Of a stretch of 64,000 nt of DNA, positions 56,544 to 64,000 are shown in pieces. Under the pieces are notes generated by a model. The model was not told where the DNA came from and searched no databases. It saw only the letters and a list, made by a program, of their open reading frames with translations. The DNA lies in assembly GCA_036336835.1 (NCBI GenBank), contig JAYZFK010000034.1, positions 1 through 64,000 of the forward strand. The letters run 5' to 3'. The first letter of the stretch is position 1. Each line of letters starts with the position of its first letter. The position numbers and the translations under genes are program-made. This DNA is from Myxococcota bacterium. GTDB lineage: Bacteria; Myxococcota_A; UBA9160; UBA4427.

Positions 56544-57162
56544 ACCCAAGCCGCTGCAGACCTTTGGACTGCACGTCGTCTTCATCTCGTTGCTCCTCTG
56601 GATGCTCCCCTCGCTCGCTGCCGCCTTCGGTTTCGGCTTCACGACGGCCGGCAATGCGGTGCTCGGCCGACTTGGCTCGGACCTGCGGGTCGAGTATCGC
56701 TGGGTGCCGCCCAACGAGCGCGTGCTGCAGGGCGAGATCGAGATGGTCGGGTGGGTGGCTGGGTACCAGAACGCCGCGTGGGAAAGTCGCTACGAGATCC
56801 GCGAGCGCGCTTACCTCCCAACCACCATCCTGATTGCCCTGATCCTGGCGACGCCCGCGAGTCGACCTCGCCACGTTGCCGGCATTGTGCTCGGTGCCAG
56901 CTTCCTCAATTTCTTCTACCTCGCCCAGACGGGGCTGCTCGCCGCCTGTCTGTTCGCCTCCGTGGAGCCGGACCTGATCGCCCTCGGCGGGGCGCTCGCA
57001 GCGATGCTCCCCGTGGTCAAGGCGTTCTTCGGCTCCCCGCTGGTGCGCTATGCCGCCGTGTTTGCGATCTGGGCAGTGGCGGCGACCCCAGCCCGCGGAC
57101 TCGACCTGGGCGCGGCCAGCGAACGTCTGGCGTCCCTGCTGGGCCGCCGCGGGACGCAGTGA
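56509..57162 (+). CDS. exosortase-associated membrane protein
   Basis: Overlaps the exosortase by 35 nt; 4-5 TM helices with LPTTILIALILATP, resembling a degenerate exosortase-type segment without the catalytic Cys. Confidence 0.65.
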   Translation: MSPSDQPTPPPEPKPLQTFGLHVVFISLLLWMLPSLAAAFGFGFTTAGNAVLGRLGSDLRVEYRWVPPNERVLQGEIEMVGWVAGYQNAAWESRYEIRERAYLPTTILIALILATPASRPRHVAGIVLGASFLNFFYLAQTGLLAACLFASVEPDLIALGGALAAMLPVVKAFFGSPLVRYAAVFAIWAVAATPARGLDLGAASERLASLLGRRGTQ

Positions 57163-57165
57163 CCG

Positions 57166-58890
57166 CTAACGAGCTTCCGGCTCCCCGGCAGCCGCGCGCT
57201 GGGACCAGTCGAACCAGCGCTCGTAGCGAATCTCGCGGACTGCTCGGTACACGCGATAGCGGTCCGGGACCGCCGGGCCGAGCAGGTAGGGGACTGCACC
57301 CAGGTTGCTCGCGTTGAAACTGGCACCGCTCTGCTTGACCTGAGTGTGGATCCAACGCGGCTCCGGTCGCTCGAGCTCGTCGATCAGCGTGGCCGCGTGC
57401 TCCGACGGAACGTGCACCTCGGCGTTGTTGCTCGCAACGATCAGCCGATCGCCGGGGCGAATCACGACGGTCCGCCAATCGACCGGCCGGGCGCCGGCTC
57501 GCTGGAGGTAGAACTGGAGCCCCCAGTGACCGTGGAACCAGACAGTCCCGCCCCTGCCGTGCCGGGCGACGAGCTCTTGCGCCGCTTCTCGGACACCGTT
57601 CGACCAGGTGCGGTCGGCCCAGGCCACGCCGAGAGCGAGGGCCGCACAGACGAGTGACGCCGCGACGAGCCCTGGCTGAGCGAGCGAGTGGCCGCGGCCG
57701 TGAAGGCGGCGCACGATCAGGATCGCGACCACGGGCGCCAGCACCAGGTTCGAGCGGCCGTTGTTGGTCCAGTTCACGAACGCGGCAAAAGCGAACGAGC
57801 CCAGCAGCCACAGCCCGAGCAGCCAGCGCTCCGGATCGCGGTTGCGCCGCAGCTCGCTGATCGCGAGCGCGAGCAGCGACACCCCGCCGAGCGACATCGC
57901 AGCGAGTTGCCACGCGAACCAGCGACTCGCGGCACCTGTCTCGGACGCGACCGGCAGGCCGATCCAGCCCAGACTCATCGGTGCGAGCAGCGTGAAGCCG
58001 GCGCCGATCGCGAGACCGACGCCCAGCGCGCGCCGGCTCCACAGCCAGGGACCCAGCAGCAACGCCGGCGCGACGCTCCCGCCCGCAAAGGCCAACCCCT
58101 CGACGAACTGGCGCAGGGGTGTCGGCCGCACGATGCCCTCGGTGTGCAGCGCCTCGGCCATCGCCTGCTCGATCGCGCCGGCGCCGTAGCGGACGTGCAT
58201 CACGAGCTCCAGCCCCGCGAGCGCGACGACGGGAAGCAGTAGTGGCAGAGCGAAGCGTCGCAACGCCATCCGCCGGGCCAGCGAATAGGCGACCAGCAGC
58301 GGCACCAGCGCAATCGCGAAGTACTTCGTCCAGACAGCGAGCGCGGCGAGCAGCGCGGCTCCCCACAGCCAGCCATCGCCATCGCCCTGCGCACCGCGCA
58401 GCCAGCACAGCAGCGCCAAGAGCCACAGCGCGAGCATCGGGACGTCGCTCATCAACGTGTTCGCACACACCAGGAAGACGGGCGTTGCGATCGCCAGCAA
58501 CGCCGCGGGCAACGCGTCAGCGTCCAGCCGCCGCGCCAGTCCCCAGGTCGCCAGGCCAGCTCCGGCAGCCGGGAGCGCGAATGCAACGTGGAGCGCCCGC
58601 TCGCTCCAGCCTGCGACCGCAGCAATGGCCGCGATCGCGTAGCCGGTGAGCGGAGGATTGCGTGTCACCGCGTACATGGGCTGCTCGGTGCCGTACCAGT
58701 TGACCCCAAATCCGAAGAAATCGAGTGGCTCGCGTCGGATTTGCTCGGCCAGCCACAGAAAGAGCGGCTCGTCGATGTTGAAGGCCCTGTCGGACAGAGC
58801 GAGCAGCGGAAGCAGGACGGCTGCCAGGACGATGCCCAGCTCGCGGCCGGTGCGCGGGTGGGCTGCGGCGTTGCCGGGGCCGGAGTGCAC
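57166..58890 (-). CDS. GT-C fold glycosyltransferase (ArnT/PMT-like, GT39/GT83-type)
   Basis: First-loop DE motif (FNIDEP), NPPL, many TM helices, LMSD, WTKY. Start uncertain (GTG 58890 chosen). Confidence 0.8.
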   Translation of the reverse strand: MHSGPGNAAAHPRTGRELGIVLAAVLLPLLALSDRAFNIDEPLFLWLAEQIRREPLDFFGFGVNWYGTEQPMYAVTRNPPLTGYAIAAIAAVAGWSERALHVAFALPAAGAGLATWGLARRLDADALPAALLAIATPVFLVCANTLMSDVPMLALWLLALLCWLRGAQGDGDGWLWGAALLAALAVWTKYFAIALVPLLVAYSLARRMALRRFALPLLLPVVALAGLELVMHVRYGAGAIEQAMAEALHTEGIVRPTPLRQFVEGLAFAGGSVAPALLLGPWLWSRRALGVGLAIGAGFTLLAPMSLGWIGLPVASETGAASRWFAWQLAAMSLGGVSLLALAISELRRNRDPERWLLGLWLLGSFAFAAFVNWTNNGRSNLVLAPVVAILIVRRLHGRGHSLAQPGLVAASLVCAALALGVAWADRTWSNGVREAAQELVARHGRGGTVWFHGHWGLQFYLQRAGARPVDWRTVVIRPGDRLIVASNNAEVHVPSEHAATLIDELERPEPRWIHTQVKQSGASFNASNLGAVPYLLGPAVPDRYRVYRAVREIRYERWFDWSQRAAAGEPEAR

Positions 58891-59009
58891 GACGGGCGCC
58901 AACGTACCACTGCGCGGGACCGGCAGCCCGCGGGCCGGCGATGGCCGAGCGGTGGCTATGCTCGCGCTGGTGCGCGGATTCCCCGCGTGGAGAGGCGCCG
59001 CCGGCAAGC

Positions 59010-60503
59010 ATGTCCGCCGAGGCAAGCACCGAGTCCACGACCGCCAGCGGTGCGGCCGGAGCGCCGCTGCAGCTCGGGCTGCTACTCGCGGTCGCGGTCG
59101 GGCTCCGCAGCTACCGACTCGACGCTCCTCTGTGGTACGACGAGATCGTCACGCTCGTCGAATACGTCCGACTCGCGCCGAGCGACTTGCTCACGCACTA
59201 CACGAGCACGAACAACCACCTGCTCTACAGCCTGCTGGCCCACGCGAGCGTCGCGGGATTCGGCGAGAGCGCCTGGGCGCTGCGCCTGCCCGCCGCACTG
59301 CTCGGCGTGGCGAGCCTGGCGGCCTTCTGGTGGATGGCGCACGAGTTCGTGGCAGCCCGCCAGGCCCGCCTCGCGAGCTGGGCGATCGCCCTCTCCTACC
59401 ACCACGTCTGGTTCTCGCAGAACGCGCGTGGCTACACCGGAATTCTGCTCTCCGCCTGGCTCGGGACGGCCCTGTTCCTGCGCGCTCGCCGCGGCGGTCC
59501 AGCGCGCCTGTGGCTCGCCTACGCCGTGGCGCTCGCTCTCGGCACCTGGATCCACCTCTCGACCCTGTTCGTCTTCGCAGCGCACGGCATCGTCTACCTG
59601 GCGGAGGAGCTCGTTGCGCAGGGCCGCGACGACCGGCGCTTCGACGCGCGCCCCCTCGCCGCTTTGGCTGGCGGCCTGCTGCTCGCACTGGCGCTCTACG
59701 CGCCGCTACTGCCCGAGCTCGCCGAGACGCTCACCAGCCAGCACAGCGCCGGCCGCGGGAGCAACACTGTTACCACCTGGAAGAGTCCTGTCTGGACCCT
59801 GCTGGAGGCCGCGCGCGGGCTTCAGCTCGGCGGCGCTTCGCCCTTGGTCGCGCTGCTCGGGGTCGGGCTCGCGGGGTGCGGGCTGATTTCCTTTGCGCGG
59901 TCGCGCCCCGGCGACGCGCTGCTGCTCACGGCGCCGGGCGCGATCGCGATCGCTGCACTCCTCGCGGCAGGCTTCAACATCTGGCCGCGCTATTTCCTCG
60001 TGAGCCTCGGTTTCGCCGCCATCCTCGGCGTGCGCGGGGCCTTCAGCGCCGCAGGGCTCATCGTGACGAGCCCCACCCGTGCCGAGCACCTGGCGACGGC
60101 AGCCTGCATCACGGGGATCGCTCTCTCGGCGGCCACCCTCCCGCTCAACTACCGCTACCCGAAGCAGGACTACCCGGCTGCCCGCTCGCTGATCGTCGAC
60201 CGCCGCGGCGCAGACGAGCCGGTCCTTGCGCTGGGGCTCGCCGACTACGCGTACGGCCGATACTTCGAGCCCGGGTGGGGGACGCTCGAATCCGTCGAGC
60301 AGCTCGACCGACTGGAGGAGGAGCACGCGAGCCTGTGGATCGTCTACTCCTTCCCGACGCTCCTTCGGGCCTCCCGCCCCGAGCTGTTCGCGAGAGTCGA
60401 GCGGGGGTACGAGCGGGTTCGAAGCTTCCACGGCACGCTGGGAGACGGCGACGTGCACGTGTTGCGATCGCGCTCCGTGCCAACACGGGGGAGGCAACCG
60501 TGA
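59010..60503 (+). CDS. GT-C fold glycosyltransferase (GT39/PMT-like)
   Basis: LWYDEI, NNHLLYSLL, ESAWALRLPA, SQNARGY; many TM helices. Confidence 0.85.
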   Translation: MSAEASTESTTASGAAGAPLQLGLLLAVAVGLRSYRLDAPLWYDEIVTLVEYVRLAPSDLLTHYTSTNNHLLYSLLAHASVAGFGESAWALRLPAALLGVASLAAFWWMAHEFVAARQARLASWAIALSYHHVWFSQNARGYTGILLSAWLGTALFLRARRGGPARLWLAYAVALALGTWIHLSTLFVFAAHGIVYLAEELVAQGRDDRRFDARPLAALAGGLLLALALYAPLLPELAETLTSQHSAGRGSNTVTTWKSPVWTLLEAARGLQLGGASPLVALLGVGLAGCGLISFARSRPGDALLLTAPGAIAIAALLAAGFNIWPRYFLVSLGFAAILGVRGAFSAAGLIVTSPTRAEHLATAACITGIALSAATLPLNYRYPKQDYPAARSLIVDRRGADEPVLALGLADYAYGRYFEPGWGTLESVEQLDRLEEEHASLWIVYSFPTLLRASRPELFARVERGYERVRSFHGTLGDGDVHVLRSRSVPTRGRQP

Positions 60504-61708
60504 CGCCTGGCCTGCGGATCGGCATCGACGCGACCTGCCTCGCAGCGGGCCGAGGCTACGGGCGGTTCGTTCGCGAGCTGCTGCCGCCGCTGCTGCGCGA
60601 AGACGACCAGAACGAATACGTGCTGTTCGCCGACGAGCACACGGGGCCTGAGCTCGAGCTCCTGCCCGGGCGCCGCGTCCTGCTGCCGACCTCCCAGCCT
60701 CAAGCCCAGGCAGCATCGGCCCGCGGGCGGCGCCGCGTCGCCGACATGTGGCGCATGGGTCGGGCGGTCGCCGATGCGTCACTCGATGTCGTCTACTTCC
60801 CCTCGGTCTACAGCTTCTACCCGGTCCCCGGCCCCACCCCGGTCGCCGTCGCGATCCACGACGTGATCCCGGAACGACACGGCGACGTGGTGTTCCCGAC
60901 CCGGTGGAATCGCCTGCTGTGGAACACCAAGGTGCGGTGGGCACGGCGTCGCGCTCGCGCGTTGATCACGGTGTCCGAGTGGTCGCGGCGCGCACTGTGC
61001 GAGGAGTTCGGCACGCCCGAGCGCGAGATCTATGTCACGCTCGAAGCGCCGGCGCCCGGCTTTCGCCCGGTCGGCGAGCCCGAGACGCTGCGCTGCTGGC
61101 TGGCGGCGCACGGCCTGCCCGAGGAAGCGGCCTACTTCCTCTACGTCGGCGGCTTCAATCCGCACAAGAACCTCGGCGTCCTGCTCGATGCCTTTGCCAC
61201 GGTCGCCCGCGCGCGGCCGGCGCTGCAGCTGCTGCTCGTGGGAGACTACGAGGGAGATGTCTTCCACAGCGATATCGCGGGCCTGCGCGAGCAGATCGCC
61301 CGGCACGGCATCGCCGACCGCGTCCACTGGACGGGCTACCTCGAGGACGAGCCCCTGCGCCACCTGTACGCAGGCGCCCTGGCCCTGTTGCTTCCCTCGC
61401 TAGAGGAAGGCTTCGGGCTCCCGGCGTTCGAAGCCGCCGCCTGTGGAACGGGCTGCATCGCCACGCGCAACAGCCCGCTGCCCGAGATGCTCGACGGGGC
61501 CGGGGTCTTCGTCGATCCGCGGGACGAGGCAGCGCTGCAGGGCGCCCTGACGCTCGTCGCCGACGACCCGGCGGTGCGCCGTGCCTTCGGCGCCAGGGCC
61601 CTCGCGCGCGTCGCTGGCCTCTCCTGGAGCTCGACGGCCAGGCAGACGCGAGAGGCGCTGGCCTCGATCGCGCAGCGCCCCGAGCGCGGCGCCCGGGGGC
61701 CGTCGTGA
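60500..61708 (+). CDS. glycosyltransferase family 4
   Basis: RIGIDA, IHDVIP, YVGG..PHKN, EGFGLPAFEAAACG (EX7E); GTG overlaps the upstream stop. Confidence 0.92.
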   Translation: MTPGLRIGIDATCLAAGRGYGRFVRELLPPLLREDDQNEYVLFADEHTGPELELLPGRRVLLPTSQPQAQAASARGRRRVADMWRMGRAVADASLDVVYFPSVYSFYPVPGPTPVAVAIHDVIPERHGDVVFPTRWNRLLWNTKVRWARRRARALITVSEWSRRALCEEFGTPEREIYVTLEAPAPGFRPVGEPETLRCWLAAHGLPEEAAYFLYVGGFNPHKNLGVLLDAFATVARARPALQLLLVGDYEGDVFHSDIAGLREQIARHGIADRVHWTGYLEDEPLRHLYAGALALLLPSLEEGFGLPAFEAAACGTGCIATRNSPLPEMLDGAGVFVDPRDEAALQGALTLVADDPAVRRAFGARALARVAGLSWSSTARQTREALASIAQRPERGARGPS

Positions 61709-63003
61709 GCCGGCTCCGCTTCGCGATGGTGACGACGTTCTATCCGCCGAACCACTTCGGCGGAGACGCGGTATTCATTCGCCGCCTCAGCCACGCACTC
61801 GCCCGCCGCGGGCACGAGGTCGAGGTGATCCACGACGTGGACGCGTTCGACCTGCTGCACCGCGGCGGAGATCCCGCCGCGGTCGAAGAGCCTCCCGGCG
61901 TCGTGACGCACCCACTGCGCAGCCGGACTCGCTCGCTCGGCGCGCTCTCGTGCCTGCTCACGCATCAGCTCGGACGCCGGGTGCTGCACGGCCAACGCCT
62001 GCGATCCCTGCTCGAGCAGGGCGACTTCGACGTGATCCACTTCCACAACCTGTCGCTGGTCGGCGGTCCGCACGCCCTGCGCTGGGGCGACGCGATCAAG
62101 CTCTACACGGCCCACGAGCACTGGCTGGTGTGTCCGACGCACGTGCTGTGGCGCCACGGCCGCGAGCTATGCGATGCCCGCGAGTGCTTCCGCTGTAGCC
62201 TCCACTACCGCCGGCCGCCTCAGCTCTGGCGCCACACCGGGCTGCTCGAACGCGAGATCGAGCAGCTCGACGCGATCTTGTCACCGAGCGCCTTCAGCGC
62301 GGCGAAGCATCGCGAGTTCGACTTTCCGCGCGAGCTCGAGGTGATGCCCTATTTCCTGCCCGACCTCGACTCGACGGCTGCCGCGCAACCGGATGCGGAG
62401 CGCGAAGCCCCCGCCTGGGAGCGGCCCTACTTCCTGTTCGTGGGGCGGCTCGAGCAGATCAAGGGGCTGCAGGACGTACTGCCGCACTTCGGGGCCCACG
62501 CGCCGGCCGATCTGCTCGTCGTGGGAACCGGCAACTTCGAGAGCGAGCTGCGCAACCAGGCGGCGACCAGCCCGCGCGTGCACTTCCTCGGGCCCCGGAC
62601 CCCGGAGGCGATCCGGCCCCTGTATCGCGACGCGATCGCGACACTCGTTCCCTCGCGCTGCTACGAGACCTTCGGAATCGTGGTGCTCGAGAGCTTCCGC
62701 GAAGGCACGCCCGTGATCGCGCGGCGGCTCGGCCCCCTGCCCGAGATCGTCGAGCCCGCGGGCGGCGGCCTGCTCTTCGAGACCGGCGAGGAGCTGGCTG
62801 CGGCGCTCGCGCACCTTGCGACGGACCGCGCCGCCCGCGACCGGATGGGCGCCGCAGGGCACCAGGCCCTGCGCGAGCGCTGGCTCGAGAGCTGCGTGCT
62901 CGAGCAGTATTTCGGCATCATCGGGCGGATCGCGAGGGAGCGCGGCCGCGAGCGCGTCCTGCAGCGACTCGGGCCGCCCGTCGGCCCAGCGGAGGTCTCA
63001 TGA
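61705..63003 (+). CDS. glycosyltransferase family 4 with a Cys-cluster insert
   Basis: FYPP..GG, HEHWLVCP...C...C..C, FVGRL..IKG, ETFGIVVLE. Confidence 0.9.
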   Translation: MSRLRFAMVTTFYPPNHFGGDAVFIRRLSHALARRGHEVEVIHDVDAFDLLHRGGDPAAVEEPPGVVTHPLRSRTRSLGALSCLLTHQLGRRVLHGQRLRSLLEQGDFDVIHFHNLSLVGGPHALRWGDAIKLYTAHEHWLVCPTHVLWRHGRELCDARECFRCSLHYRRPPQLWRHTGLLEREIEQLDAILSPSAFSAAKHREFDFPRELEVMPYFLPDLDSTAAAQPDAEREAPAWERPYFLFVGRLEQIKGLQDVLPHFGAHAPADLLVVGTGNFESELRNQAATSPRVHFLGPRTPEAIRPLYRDAIATLVPSRCYETFGIVVLESFREGTPVIARRLGPLPEIVEPAGGGLLFETGEELAAALAHLATDRAARDRMGAAGHQALRERWLESCVLEQYFGIIGRIARERGRERVLQRLGPPVGPAEVS

Positions 63004-63971
63004 TCGCGCTCGTCACCGGCGGGGCCGGCTTCATCGGCTCCCACCTGACCGACCGCCTGCTCGACGAAGGCCACGAGGTCTGGGCACTCGACGACCTCTC
63101 GACCGGTGCAATGAGCAATATCGACCACTTGTCCGGGAACTCTCGATTTCACTTTCAACTTGGATCGGTCGCGGACCAGGCGATCGTGGGCGAGCTGACG
63201 GATCGAGCCGACGTCGTGTTCCACCTGGCGGCCGCAGTCGGCGTGAAGCTCATCGTCAGCAATCCCGTCCGCACGATCGAGACCAACGTGCACGGTACCG
63301 AGGTCGTGCTGAAGGCGGCCGCCAAGAAGGCCAAGCTCGTCGTGCTGGCGTCGAGCTCCGAGGTGTACGGCAAGAGCACGCAGATCCCGTTCTCCGAAGG
63401 GGGAGACCTGCTGCTCGGTCCGACCACGCACAGCCGCTGGGGCTACGCCTGCTCGAAAGCGATGGACGAGTACCTCGCCCTGGCCTACCGCCGCGAGTTC
63501 GATCTGCCCGTCATCATCACGCGCCTGTTCAACACGGTGGGCCCCCGCCAGACCGGACGCTACGGAATGGTGCTGCCGACCTTCGTGCAACAGGGACTGA
63601 GCTCGGAGGACATCACCGTCTACGGGTCCGGGGACCAGCGGCGCTGCTTCGGCGACGTCTACGCGGTCGTCGAATCGCTGGTGCGGCTGGTCGGCTTCGC
63701 GGAAGCCCGCGGCGAGGTGTTCAACGTCGGCTGCGACCGCGAGCTGAGCATCCGCGAGCTGGCCGAGCTCGTCCGATCGATGACTGGCGGCTCGTCCCGG
63801 ATCGTCACCGTCCCCTACGACGAGGCCTACGAGGAAGGCTTCGAGGACCTCGGACGGCGCGTGCCCGATGTCTCGAAGCTGCACGCCGCGATCGGCTTTC
63901 ACCCGGACACGCCGATCGAGCGGATCGTCCAGAACGTGATCGACTTCGCGCGCCGCAGCGGTGAGGCTTGA
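63000..63971 (+). CDS. NAD-dependent nucleotide-sugar epimerase/dehydratase (UDP-glucuronate decarboxylase-like)
   Basis: TGGAGFIGSH, HLAAAVG, ASSSEVYG, YACSK, RLFNTVGPRQ. Confidence 0.93.
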   Translation: MIALVTGGAGFIGSHLTDRLLDEGHEVWALDDLSTGAMSNIDHLSGNSRFHFQLGSVADQAIVGELTDRADVVFHLAAAVGVKLIVSNPVRTIETNVHGTEVVLKAAAKKAKLVVLASSSEVYGKSTQIPFSEGGDLLLGPTTHSRWGYACSKAMDEYLALAYRREFDLPVIITRLFNTVGPRQTGRYGMVLPTFVQQGLSSEDITVYGSGDQRRCFGDVYAVVESLVRLVGFAEARGEVFNVGCDRELSIRELAELVRSMTGGSSRIVTVPYDEAYEEGFEDLGRRVPDVSKLHAAIGFHPDTPIERIVQNVIDFARRSGEA

Positions 63972-64000
63972 ACGCGCCGTGTGGGTGCTCACCTATCACT
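63961..64000 (+). CDS. start of next gene, possibly a polysaccharide deacetylase (partial)
   Basis: GTG 63961 gives VRLERAVWVLTYH; LxYH is the typical N-terminal motif. Only 13 codons are visible. Confidence 0.35.
   Translation, partial: MRLERAVWVLTYH

Noticed and set aside
1..64000. CRISPR arrays, tRNA/rRNA genes, transposases, integrases, prophage or defence genes
   Set aside because: No regularly spaced repeats, RNA-gene signatures or mobile-element protein motifs were recognised by eye; intergenic gaps are short. A covariance-model search (Infernal/Rfam, tRNAscan-SE) would be needed to exclude small RNAs or riboswitches.

Overview
This is a high-GC, gene-dense chromosomal segment from a diderm bacterium. 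The gene content suggests a Myxococcota/deltaproteobacterial-type lipid degrader, which is inference only. It holds about 58 genes. Most encode catabolism of lipids, sterol-like or aromatic compounds: acyl-CoA ligases, a heteromeric-type acyl-CoA dehydrogenase pair, a CoA-transferase, SDRs, a Baeyer-Villiger monooxygenase, an aldehyde:ferredoxin oxidoreductase, hydantoinase/oxoprolinase A+B, a sulfatase and an Ntn acylase. The rest include two RND/MMPL transport loci, housekeeping genes (msrA, xth, moaA, an A-type Fe-S carrier, htpX), a PAS hybrid kinase, and the start of a surface-glycosylation region next to an exosortase. The most notable locus is at 52.9-55.9 kb: a TetR-regulated operon encoding a class I SAM methyltransferase and a fused HgcAB-like membrane corrinoid/ferredoxin protein (cap helix NVWCAAAGG). 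It is preceded by a perfect 12-bp inverted-repeat operator lying over an apparently leaderless promoter, and is a candidate B12-dependent methyl-transfer system of unknown substrate (probably not a canonical mercury methylase). Also notable are a cytochrome P450 with CYP7/CYP8/CYP39-like signature motifs, and an exosortase H-type pair beside two GT-C glycosyltransferases. I recognised no rRNA, tRNA, CRISPR array or mobile element. Start codons were often trimmed relative to the ORF track using RBS or promoter context. All family assignments come from reading motifs by eye, not from database searches.
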